Part shown: positions 26,567 to 38,239 of the stretch, one piece after another | How positions within the stretch are numbered: position 1 is the first letter of the stretch | How the letters are laid out: every line of letters begins with the position of its first letter | Assembly (NCBI RefSeq): GCF_964355755.1 | Contig: NC_092671.1 | Location: 35,040,304-35,104,303, forward strand | Length of the DNA stretch: 64,000 bases | Source of the DNA: Antedon mediterranea | Lineage: Eukaryota > Animalia > Echinodermata | Direction: 5' to 3' | The notes under the pieces: generated by a model | Seen by the model: only the letters and a program-made list of their open reading frames with translations | What the model was told of the DNA's origin: nothing | Databases searched by the model: none | Made by a program: the position numbers and the translations under genes

Positions 26567-27009
26567 CAATGGTACACCACAAGCCTATAGTGTGTGCATT
26601 CTATAATTATCCCTTTTAAAATGGTTTAGGTCTTGGCCGATAGCCTCTCTTTAAAAGGTATGTTATAAAACAAATAATGAATGTTTTATATTCGTGCAAT
26701 GGAACAAATAATTTCATGAGGTGAAAGATTTGTATAGTAACACACTACTGTTGAATCAAAATCTAGGCAGGAGGCTAAGGGAATTAATCTACTGTATATG
26801 CGATTGTAATACTATTTTGTAAAGACCAAATAAAGTGCTCAAAAAAGAAATTTGTTAGCAATCCTATCCATTAATTTTCACAAAAATGATGTAGATGGGA
26901 AAAATATGTTAACCATTTATTGTTGTTTGTCATTGTGCATAGTATAGATGGGCCTAAACAGCTGGCACTCAATATGGAATTTACAACAATTTGATTTTTG
27001 TTTTTTTAG

Positions 27010-27643
27010 GCTAATGATGCTAGTTGATGGTTGCCAGGGTGCTTCTTCTTCCAAACCTCCAGGAATTGCTTTGGCTACAGGAGGAGGAGAATTAAATACA
27101 ATGGACTTGAAACAACAACGGGAGCAGGCCTCCCTCAAATCTAGAAACGTGAACGTTCTGATAAACGTACAGAATGCAGGCATGGAATGTATAGAAGGAC
27201 CGACCACCGGAAATGATAGTTGCAGTAGTGGAGAGAACTCGCCGGGTCTCGGGCCTAGTATTAGCGGTTATCAGTCTCAGAGTCAAACGACAACTGACAT
27301 TCCCATTCCAATTGAAACACAAGCTAGGGCTACCAAAGTGAGAGGTGAAATGAGTGAAACGTCATCTCTCGTATCCACTGTACCGTCGGTACATGTCTCA
27401 CAGTCTGGAAGTGAAAATGGGAATTATTGTCGGGTGTGTTTCGAAGCAGAAACATCACCGAAAAATCCACTGATTAACCCGTGCCGATGCACGGGTTCTG
27501 CTGGTAGTATCCATCGCCAGTGTCTCGTAAAATGGATTCATATCTCTGGGCATCGCCAATGCGAGGTCTGTAACGCACGATTTAACTACGTTCCAGTCGG
27601 GGAAAGGTTGAGAGGAGTTGTCGAGAACTTTCGGAGGAATAAG
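27010..27643 (+). CDS. Large exon: S/T/G-rich linker + RING-CH (RINGv) zinc finger, MARCH-like E3 domain
   Basis: ttttttag acceptor, AAG|gtgagg donor; CRVC-x14-CRC-x7-HRQC-x12-CEVC at 27428-27571 with typical PCxCxGS and CLxxW motifs. Confidence 0.95.
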
Positions 27644-27859
27644 GTGAGGATGGAATTTGCGAAAGCTACCAGCATCATCGTCATTTCCGCCACCATCATC
27701 ATTATTGTCCTCACCACATACTCATAGTCATCATCGGTATTGTCACCAACCAACATCATTATCATCACCATCATTATCACTGTCATCATAATCATCATCA
27801 TAAAGCAGGTTGCATCAGTTTTTATTATTACAAAATTGTACTATATGCGACGTACATAC

Positions 27860-27965
27860 TGAGAACACTTAATATTATTATTACACTTAAGTAATACTCA
27901 GGTGGGACTCGAACCCATGACCTCCAGATCACTAGCCTGGCATTCATACCTCTATACCACCGTAC
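27860..27965 (-). mobile_element. tRNA-like SINE head, family 3; related copy at ~790-872
   Basis: taagtaatactcaggtgggactcgaaccc = B box GGTTCGAGTCC on the minus strand; similar at 804-870. Confidence 0.65.
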
Positions 27966-28519
27966 TTGCGCTAGAGGCCAGGGTTAGATTCTATTCATTT
28001 GTTTTATTATTGAATGAAAGAAAGAAAATAAATGTTTACGTTGAGTTGAGTTGAGTTGAACCCAATGAAGCAGCATTTACTACACCAACATGATGCATAA
28101 AGTACAATTACATTAGAGTTTGACAAACATCTGCTCATTAGCAAATCAGTGATCTCCATCTCTGCTACACACAACTTGAGAATTGTTCATAGACCCACAG
28201 TAGCAATGTATTTATATAGACAGATGATCATAACTTTATTTTGTTATTTTATTTGCTGCGTCACAAAAGTCACTTCTTGAATTATGTATGTAGTGGGATT
28301 TAATAAGTTAAACATCTGATTACATTTTAAGGATTACTTAAAGTCAACACTGTAGTTCGAGGAAACGGATTAGTACAGAGATTGTAAATTTATGATAACC
28401 TCTTTGTGAACTTCAGTAATAGCAAAAACATCATTAATTTTTCAAGTTCATTTATAATGTACAATCCGACCAAATGCTGTAATAGTGAATTAACTAGCTT
28501 TATGTTTTCATTTCTACAG

Positions 28520-28618
28520 CGATGGCGAAATGCTGCGTTTGCTGTACTCGTGGGACTCGTCATTCTTCTGTACCTTATCATTTTCGCCGTCTTTCCTGGT
28601 GGTATCATGAACGAATGA
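28520..28618 (+). CDS. Terminal exon RWRNAAFAVLVGLVILLYLIIFAVFPGGIMNE*, single TM helix
   Basis: tttcatttctacag acceptor in phase 0; ~21 uncharged hydrophobic residues after a basic patch, then TGA. Confidence 0.88.
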   Translation, partial: RWRNAAFAVLVGLVILLYLIIFAVFPGGIMNE

Positions 28619-29524
28619 CCAATAGCGATCAACCTGCACTATTTATTAGTAAAACTTTATCTTCTTCCAGACTTGTTATTACTCCTGTTTAAAATGCATT
28701 TACTTGCCGAATGTAAAAGAAAAAGTAACGGGTATTAGACAATGATTTTGAATGTATGAATTTAACTTCTGTTCACACTATGAAACTTCATTAAAGGGTT
28801 GTTCAAACGCATAATGTTCAGATACCCAAAAGACACACAAAAGCACTTTTACAGTAATAGTATAGTTTGATTAAGCCTGTGTTCACATTATGAAATTGTA
28901 TTCAGGATTGTTCACACATAACAAAGGTCTTTACTTTTAAGATCGTTGATTTATTACTTATGTCTGTGTAAATGAATATGAGTTTATGAGTATTATTAGT
29001 ACTGTACATGGTCTTTGTGAAACTGTCTTATGTTAATCTAATCCTATAGTGTTTGTACTAGTCTTATTTAATTCATACACATTTAAAATCAAGTAGCTTA
29101 GTTTAATGCCATCACAGTAATGTGTGAATATCCAAATAGAGATCATTTAATTTCAAGTGATGACCTATGACCTATGCGTTGATGGTAATCGTCTACCAAC
29201 CACCAAATCTGTTTCAAGGAAAGGAATAGAGTGAGCATGCTATGCACGATGAATTAACAATTAAGTGGTCTCTAATTGTAAATCGAAAAAGCTCTCTAAT
29301 AACAACCACTAATCAACAATATAACGTGACCATAATGATCACCATGTCACGTGAATCCGTTGTTTAGATTATTTTTTTTTTCTGTTCATAGTGTGAACAA
29401 AGTTTACATATGATTTTCACTTAGCGGCGATTCCTTGGTACGGATGCTATTGATGGATACAGTAGAAATAATACTGATAATGGCCGATGATGTACCGATT
29501 TGTTATTCGTCCTCTGCTGGCTAA

Positions 29525-29659
29525 ATCTGGGTTCCCACTTAGACGTAAGACAACGATATAAACACAACGTATGTGAGTTGACCAATCACAAGCAACAGTC
29601 CATCCATTCACGATTGGTTACTTATGTTGTTGCGCTGCGTTCAAGTTGGAACCTAGCTT
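29525..29659. mobile_element. MITE family B, diverged; probably in the 3' UTR or flank
   Basis: ggttcccact...ttgaccaatcacaagc...ggaacctagct shared with the 7800 copy. Confidence 0.7.
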
Positions 29660-30499
29660 TAAATATATAGGGTTTAAGATTATATATCTGTTTATTGCAA
29701 TGACAACAGTTAAGAATGAACCTTTCTACTTAATTATTTTATCATATTTTAGTAAAATATAATATATACTGCTATTAATAGCAAAAATAATGCACAAAGC
29801 AACAAACACATATATATATATATATATATATATAATTACACATTTTTGCTTCGCATGTATATATTTTTTCGAGCATAATATTTCCTACAACTCCCTCTCA
29901 TTTATCGTTTTCACTTTGAATTTTTAACTGTATAGTAGTTAGCTTTTCACATATTTGTTTAATGGTAGCAGAAAGTAAAGTCCATTGATAGAACTTGGTG
30001 CTCAGTAAACACTAAGGTTATGTTGACCCAATGTCAATACTTGCTATTTACTAGTGCTCTGGATTTATGATTGAAGGAACCACTAAAATGCATATCTAGT
30101 AATTGTCCAAATTCTAAATTTAAGACCTTATTTGCTTACAATGATATCACTAGTCTATTAAGTGACTATAGACATTGTGGCCGATTAGTTCTAGTAGTTC
30201 TGCATACACCTGAAAGTCGAGTTAATTAATAATGTAAAATCTGTCTCATGTATATAGAATCATAGGCAAATTCTTTGATAGAGTGTCACATATTATATAT
30301 TACATGTGATGCTTGTATAAGGCCATAGATACAATATATTATAGATGTCACATGTGTTAATATGTGACACAGTGTTTCAGAATTTGCCTACGGTACTGGA
30401 CATACGGCAATATCAGGAGATTCATACTGCCATATCTGGAGATTTGTAATGTCTTGTAGATATGTAGAGAAGATAATCAGGTGGACAACATAGTTATTA

Positions 30500-30630
30500 A
30501 GGGCATGTGGCGCAGTGTGTTGACCTTGGACTACTGACTGTGAGGTCATGGGTTCGAATCTAAAACTCGTCACATTGCTTGTATTCTTAGGCAAGACACT
30601 TTACTTACATTTGCCTCTCTCCAGTCCAGG
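30500..30630 (+). mobile_element. tRNA-derived SINE with CORE-like segment
   Basis: TGGCGCAGTG A box, GGTTCGAATC B box, then tcttaggcaagacactttac..ttgcctctctcca. Confidence 0.7.
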
Positions 30631-31031
30631 AAATTATTATTATCAGTAATACCATAAATGATTTACAACTGAAGCTCTTATGACAGACTGTTTTTTAGGC
30701 TGTGGCATTAGGATTACTATGTTTTTAAAGGGATTTAGATAGGCAATAAGACTTGACAAAGTAGTGTTTTCAACCATTAGTTATAGGATCAAGGAGTTGT
30801 TGTCATCTATCAGTACCTGTCACTGCTCAGTCACCAGATCCTATTTACATAGGTACTTTTTGATGGATAGTAAAAAAAGTATTTGTTCATTGACCCTTGA
30901 TGTTCACTTTAAGGCTTTAGGGTTTATTATTCATTGTTTGTGAACATTTTATTATTAACCGCAAAATCAAATCGTAAATTTAAGATCCAATACAGTCGTT
31001 CATCTTTTTTATTTTACCAAAATCAAACTAA

Positions 31032-31229
31032 AGCTCTGTCTAAACTATCAAACTAGTTTGACAAGAAAGTGTGATGTGTGCAAATATGGTAGTGATATGC
31101 TTAAATATGGTAGTGATATGCTTAAATATGGTAATGATATGCTTAAATATGTTAATGATATGACATCATCATGTCCATATAAGCACATCACATTTTTTTG
31201 TCACAATGTTTGATAGTATAGACAGAGAT
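31032..31229 (+). mobile_element. MITE family A with four copies of the internal 21-bp unit
   Basis: TIRs; aaatatggtagtgatatgctt x4 at 31082-31162. Confidence 0.88.
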
Positions 31230-32700
31230 TTACGATCTTCAAGATCCTATGACTTTAGTTTTTAGAAATCGCCAATAATGCACTAATCTTATCTTATGGT
31301 GACTCGGCTTAATATTCTTAAAATGCAACAATTTTTGTCACACATGGTATTTCATACATTATATACATACAAAACACATGCTGGTGGTACTTACAAAGAA
31401 CTAGAGACAACAAGCAATATTGTGTTAGAACTAAGTTTTTGACAAGTTTTTAGTTACGAACAAAAATCAAAACAGCTGCTTTTGGAATATATTGAAAACA
31501 TTACAGTAGATTGTAAAAGTTCTTCTGCTTTGTAATACTAAAGGTGTTTTGAATTTCCTTCTAACAAAATAATCCGTAACATGATTGGTTTGTTAAAAAG
31601 AAATCCTAAAAAAATTACAGTAGGTACAGGTTTTCTCCAAATATTTTAGAATTAAACAATTTCACAAAACTCTAAGAATTGATATTTCTGGTTGGCAAAA
31701 AAAAGTTAACGCTGGAAAGATAATTGTTTCTAATTTTCCCCACGGAAGGGTAGTAGAGTCATTACAACAATTTAGCCACTGTATTTTTGTTATTCAGATG
31801 GTTTTGCACAATACATGTATAAATATCATAATTAGTTTTGTGTATTTTCCCTCTTTAATTTACTCTTAATAACTTCTATATATCTGTATTGTAGATAACC
31901 ATTAATTGTATTTATAAAAGATATTTTCATATAATAATAATATTCATTTAACATTATGTAATGTAGTAATATCCAGAATATGAAACTTTCAAATAGTATG
32001 TACAGACATTTAAACAAAAACAAAATAACCAATTACATTAAAAAATTGTTGTCGTTGCTAGTAAAACTGACTCACACCAGTATTAATGGCCAATGGCTGC
32101 GAACTACTTTTTGAATATTTTGGTATTGCATTAAATAATATTCCTAATACTAATTGTTCAAAAACAAATCACAAATACATCTGCATATTATTTGTTATTT
32201 TCCAATCTTTATGTTTTTTCTTTTTATTTGATATTTAAATTTTCCTTTCGTAGATGATCGTGTACACCATGTCAAATCCTTATATATTATGAATAAATGT
32301 ATTTTATTCATTTAGTCTGTATAATCTCATCAGTCAATCTATGTACCATTTAAAATATACAGTAGTATGGAATACGGTATTAATTTGTTGGTTTTATAAA
32401 AATGATATATCGCCCTCTCTAGTGTATTAAACCAGATTTACTACTACTTTTACAGTTTGTGGTGCTCAGGATTTCCCCCTTCACAAGTTGGTACATAAGC
32501 AATGAAATAAAATACATTAGGTTAATAGTTGGTAAAGGCGGGGAGGTTACAGAAATAAGGTGGTTTGGTTTTTTGTTTGTCTTTTTATTTCAATGAAGGG
32601 ACATTATCTTTTCTTTGGAAGGCAATTTTAGAAAAATGTTTTTAAAATCTTCCTGGTTCCGTTCAATATTATTAAATAATACTACTCAAGTAAAGAAATG

Positions 32701-32851
32701 CAGTAGAACACCTATTTTGCAATACCCTTATTGAGGGGACGCATCTATTAAAATATGAAAAAAAAAACAAAGGTAATATATATATGTTCTAACACTACGT
32801 CAGACACCACTATTAAGGAGACATTTTGGGCGAACGGTGTCCCTTTAATAC
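32701..32851 (+). mobile_element. MITE family C, unexpanded copy
   Basis: cagtagaacacctatt...ggtgtccctttaatactgttctact; inverted relative at ~63440-63580. Confidence 0.65.
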
Positions 32852-33223
32852 TGTTCTACTTATATTTTGGTTAATGCACTGACCGATTCATTTTAAAATA
32901 GGACTGCTGTGTTTTAAGTAAACGTGATGTTTAAAGGTTGAGTCTATAAGATTATACATGAAATGGTTGTTGTAATACTCCTACCAACTAGACATTCTAG
33001 TAAATCGGTACATACATATTTTTTATTTCACCCTAAAATGAGTGCATACATAATAAAATCTTTATTTAATAATTACGGTAATTTTTAACTTACTAAAGAA
33101 AGTGTATTTTGTACTGATGTTGGTACTGTAGGCCTATATATGTCTGACCTGAGGTATAAACCCCCACCCTCTAATTTCAAGGAAATAGTTGTTGTATTTT
33201 GACCCATTCACGTATCTATATGT

Positions 33224-33361
33224 TCAGTCTCATAGGAAACTTCTTTGATACAGTGTCACATATGTATCACATAATGCGACATCTGTATCATAAAACATAA
33301 CATAGGATCCACATGCGATACATACATGACACTGTATTAAACAATGTTCCTATGATACTGG
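33224..33361. mobile_element. Palindromic MITE-like repeat; second copy at ~30260-30400
   Basis: cagtctcataggaaac...tacagtgtca / tgacactgta...ttcctatgatactg inverted arms. Confidence 0.6.
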
Positions 33362-34437
33362 ACTACTGTATAATGCCATATGGGAAGATACAGCACAGAG
33401 AATCTGTATTTTACATCTTTGTTATGTGAAATAAGAAGACACGATACAGCTTGAAGATACCATAGTGCTTGAATATTTAAAATGTTAATTAAATTCTTAA
33501 ACACTTAATACCATTTACTTTAAACATTGTATATAACCATTAAATGCATTTCAATGCCTATATTTACATTCAATTTAAACTGCTGTTTTTTACACATACC
33601 TTTTTGTAGTGTTTCTGTTTATAAATTATTTTGTATAGATAAATGTATATTGCCTGTTACCACTCTCTATCTAACCTTGTATAAATAACAGCAGAGGCTT
33701 AATAAATCATAATAGATATGCTATTGTATATAATTGTTTAAAAAAGGAAGAATTTTTATTCTTTCTTGTGTGATTTTCAAAATAGAGCAAAGTACAGCCA
33801 CTCATTATTCAAAGATATTTTTTTCAAATAATATGTTGAAGAAAGTTTGTTTTGTTTTATTTCTCTTCAATGTATTCTACATGATGCAGGTATTATTTTT
33901 AATTTGGTATAATATGCAAAAAAGGGCAAATGTTTTGTATTTTGTTAATTAGTTTAAGTTACCTAATATAATATTTGCTTGATATTAATAGTTTATAATA
34001 ATAACAATAGTTATGAAGATAGTAAATCCATAATTCCTCCTGTACTCTACCACTACTGCTTTCAATATCACTATTATTACTTTCTTTCTGCCAGTAAAGT
34101 TTCTGCCAGTAATGTTTCTGCCACTAACTAATGTTTCTAACACTAATGTTTCTGACAATACAGTTGCTTCTATTATTGTTGCAGTTATAACGTCTGCCGC
34201 TGTGGCTACTCTACTCCCTTTGCTACTTTGGGTATTGTCGCTTTTGTTGCTGATGCTACATGTGTCTTTTAACACTGAAGCTTTATTGCTACACTTTTGC
34301 TGATACAATATTGTCATCAGTATTATAATTGTTGCTGATACTATTGTCAACTGTGCTATATACTGTATGTATATGTATTTTGTCATTTTTAACTTTCAAC
34401 TTTGTTGTTGCAACTTTTGCTGATGATACATTTGTTG

Positions 34438-34818
34438 TTTAACTTTGACCTCTGTTGATACTGTTATTATCACCTTTGTTATAACTGCTGCTAAATTGTC
34501 ATTTAACTTTGACCTTTTGTTGCTACAACTGTTGATACTGTTATTGTCACCTTTGTTATAACTGCTGCTAAATTGTCATTTAACTTTGACCTTTTGTTGC
34601 TACAACTTTTGACACTGTTATTGTCACCTTTGTTATAACTGCTGCTAAATTGTCATTTAACGTTGACCTTTTGTTGCTACAACTCTTGACACTGTTATTG
34701 TCACCTTTGTTATAACTGCTGCTAAATTGTCATTTAACGTTGACCTTTTGTTGCTACAACTGTTGATACTGTTATTGTCACCTTTGTTATAACTGCTGCT
34801 AAATTGTCATTTAACTTT
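34438..34818. repeat. 77-bp tandem repeat (~5 units) in a TG/TGC-rich low-complexity region (~34030-35100)
   Basis: atttaacttt at 34501 and 34578, continuing with the same period. Confidence 0.88.
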
Positions 34819-35800
34819 TCTTGCTTTTAACTATTACTGTCACCTTTACAAATGTCCTGCTGTTGTCACCTTTTGTACAACTGTTGCTGCTGTCTTTTTC
34901 ACTTGAAACTTTGTTGCTACAACTGCTGCTGCTGTAACAATTTTTACTATTTTTTAAATATTTCTCTTGGCAAAAACTCTACCTTAGTTACAATTGTTGC
35001 TACTGTGACTATTTTCATTTCTGCTTCTATAATTCCTCTGGTACTAATATTGTCATTTCTATTTTTTGCAACACCTGTTTCTTCTACTATAATGTATAAC
35101 CACTGATAACTAATTTGCATATACTGTACTTGTTTCATATTGCTTTGTGTTCTCTTCTTTGTATCTCCCCCTGTTTAAGTTTAATTGAATGCATATAGAT
35201 ACTGTATGTTTCAAACAAATTTATGAACAGAATGAGTAGTGGTGGTTTAATTTTGCAATGGTTTTGTAAATAAATAAAATGTGTGTATAATAGTCTTGTT
35301 CCAATACTAGTAAAGAGATAAACTTTAAAAAAAATATGAAAAAAATATTTGTATTATAACATACTGAAAAGCATAGTACAAAATGTATAACTGGGTAATT
35401 TGTTATTTTTCTGGTTGCATATGTGTTGTTTTACAATTACCTTTGTTATTCTTTATTATCGTTCTTTTTTCTATCAATTATTATGAAGTGCTACAATATT
35501 AGAATATTCTCCTGTTGTGATAGAACTAATAAAATGGAATATAATTCCATGCATAATTGTACAAAATCTAGTGTTTTGTTTTTGTTTAGGCCAAAGGTAA
35601 AAGTTTTTCAGGTGGCAGTGGTGAGCATCTTGCTTTGAGTATGGAACATGGATAATAACTGCTGTAATCAAAGCCATGGATTGCTGCTATTATGCATGTG
35701 AAGAAAAGTAGATGTCAGTTGGAAGGCACAACTATCAATGACTAAATGACTTAAAAAGTTTAATTGAGTTTCTACCAGAAATTACATCAATAATTAGAAT

Positions 35801-37280
35801 AAGTTTACTGAGCAATGTAGAGGAAGTTTACTGAGCAATGTAGAGGAAGTTTACTGAGCAATGTAGAGGAAGTTTACTGAGCAATGTAGAGGAAGTTTAC
35901 TGAGCAATGTAGAGGAAGTTTACTGAGCAAGTAGAAGAAGTTTACTGGGCAATGTAGAGGAAGTTTACTGAGCAATGTAGAGGAAGTTTACCGAGCAATG
36001 TAGATGAAGTTTACCGAGCAATGTATAGGAAGTTTACTGAGCAATGTAGAGGAAGTTTACTGAGCAATGTAGAGGAAGTTTACTGAGCAATGTAGAGGAA
36101 GTTTACTGAGCAAAGTAGAGGAAGTTTACTGAGCAATGTAGAGGAAGTTTACTGAAGTTTACTGAGCAATGTAGAGGAAGTTTACTGAGCAATGTAGAGG
36201 AAGTTTACTGGGCAATGTAGAGGAAGTTTACTGAGCAATGTACAGTAAGTTTACTGAGCAACGTAGAGGAAGTTTACTGGGCAATGTAGAGGAAGTTTAC
36301 TGAGCAATGTAGAGGAAGTTTACTGAGCAATGTAGAGGAAGTTTACTGGGCAATATAGAGGAAGTTTACCGAGCAATGTAGATGAAGTTTACCGAGCAAT
36401 GTATAGGAAGTTTACTGAGCAATGTAGAGGAAGTTTACTGAGCAATGTAGAGGAAGTTTACTGAGCAATGTAGAGGAAGTTTACTGAGCAATGTAGAGGA
36501 AGTTTACTGAGCAATGTAGAGGAAGTTTACTGAGCAAAGTAGAGGAGGTTTACTGAGCAGTGTAGAGGAAGTTTACTGGGCAATGTAGAGGAAGTTTACT
36601 GAGCAATGTAGAGGAAGTTTACTGAGCAATGTAGAGGAAGTTTACTGAGCAATGTAGAGGAAGTTTACTGGGCAATGTAGAGGAAGTTTACTGAGCAATG
36701 TATAGTAAGTTTACTGAGCAATGTAGAGGAAGTTTACTAGGCAATGTTGAGGGTTTACTAGGCAATGTAGATGAAGTTTACTGAGCAATGTAGAGGAAGT
36801 TTACTGAGCAACGTAGAGGAAGTTTACAGAGCAATGTAGAGGAAGTTTACTAAGCAATGTAGAGGAGGTTTACTGAGCAATGTAGAGGAAGTTTACTGAG
36901 CAATGTAGAGGAAGTTTACTGAGCAATGTAGAGGAAGTTTACTGAGCAACGTAGAGGAAGTTTACAGAGCAATGTAGAGGAAGTTTACTAAGCAATGTAG
37001 AGGAGGTTTACTGAGCAATGTAGAGGAAGTTTACTGAGCAATGTAGAGGAGGTTTACTGGGCAATGTAGAGGAAGTTTACTGAGCAATGTAGAGGAAGTT
37101 TACTGAGCAATGTAGAGGAAGTTTACTGGGCAATGTAGAGGAAGTTTACTGAACGATGTAGAGGAAGTTTACTGAGCAATGTAGAGGAAGTTTACTAAGC
37201 AATTTAGAGGTTTACTGAGCAATGTAGAGGAAGTTTACTAGGCAATGTTGAGGAAGTTTACTGGGCAATGTAGAGGAAGT
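35801..37280. repeat. 23-bp satellite (aagtttactgagcaatgtagagg), ~64 units
   Basis: Head-to-tail units with point variants and no spacers. Confidence 0.97.
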
Positions 37281-37490
37281 GAGTTATAGTACTGTCCATT
37301 GGTGGTGACATGGAGATCAATTGGATATCCAACGATGACATCTGCTGAAGAAATATGCAGACATGTGCAGTACAAGAAGGTATGATTAGTTAATTAACAG
37401 AAATTCATTGCTATTGGAAACACCACCTATTGGTACCTTTCCCCAGATTTAGAAAACAATTTATCTTTTTTTGTGTAAGGCTAATAGACG

Positions 37491-38239
37491 TTTTTAGTCG
37501 CGTGGACGCGACTCTATAGTTCACTATGTCGGTCGGTCGGTCGGTCGGTCTGTCTGTCGGTCTGTCTGTCGGTCCGGTATCACTATGCATGTTATCGCTT
37601 TCTGACCTTATCTTGATATCAGTTTAATCTAGCTAAGTCAATTTTTCACAGTATATTCCTTATGGCCAGGAATCGATGTGGTTATGTTTTCACGGTGTGC
37701 ACAATACAAAATTACGCGGTCTACGCACGATTTTACGAATTCACGTTTGTAATCATATCTTCACAACCATGAATCACAATTAAATAAAATTTGGTACTCA
37801 TAAATTTCAGGGCATAAATCATCATATGGCAATACAATTACATGCGTACGCGCGCTTGAAATTTTCAAAATTTATTTTCGATGAAATAAGAGTACGTTTC
37901 AGGCAATTTTAAGCGTTTACAAAATTGCCATGAGTGCGAAGATTTTTGCGCGCGCACTGCGCGTTAAATGTTATTGCGCACTCTTTTTGCACGATTTCTG
38001 TTTTCTTGACTTACTTTTCAACTAGAAATTACGTTATACGAGCACGTCAAAAGTGACAGGCTACGCACGTGTAAATTAAAAAAATATAAATGTTTTTAAA
38101 CATTTCAACATTTTTAAACATGTTCAGTAATTTCGATCAGTATAGTTCACTATGTCGGTCGGTCTGTCGGTCGGTCGGTCTGTCGGTCCGGTATCACTAT
38201 GCATTGTAGCACGCGACTTAATGGCTGTTGGCCTTGTTT
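37491..38239 (+). mobile_element. Helentron-associated non-autonomous element (HINE/DINE-1-like)
   Basis: TTTTTAGTCGCGT start, nearby inverted ACGCGACT, (GTCG/GTCT)n microsatellite, 3' ACGCGACT plus GGC..GCC hairpin, T-rich insertion site; core block present twice. Confidence 0.85.

Larger units (their letters stand above)
91..28618 (+). other. Multi-exon gene, 5'-incomplete: USP9X/USP24(FAF)-like N-terminal region + RING-CH finger + C-terminal TM helix
   Basis: Exons 91-209, 7230-7272, 18489-18607, 21373-21439, 23857-23976, 25968-26056, 27010-27643 and 28520-28618 have polypyrimidine-AG/GT boundaries and join in phase (0-2, 2-0, 0-2, 2-0, 0-0, 0-2, 2-0, 0-stop) with no internal stop. Confidence 0.8.

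Noticed and set aside
26948-27009. ORF-track start of a stand-alone 259-aa MARCH protein
   Set aside because: These codons run through a polypyrimidine tract and AG; the segment is better explained as intron preceding an internal exon at 27010.
32411-32424. CTCF-like CGCCCTCT motifs (also ~40285, 52742, 54387)
   Set aside because: Short partial matches, some within duplicated repeat sequence; not supportable from sequence alone.
33985-35138. Hydrophobic or Cys-rich ORFs
   Set aside because: Low-complexity TG/TGC sequence, no splice support, downstream of the gene 1 stop.
24306-37280. CRISPR-like arrays (45-bp, 19-bp and 23-bp repeats)
   Set aside because: Head-to-tail units without unique spacers, no cas genes, eukaryotic context.
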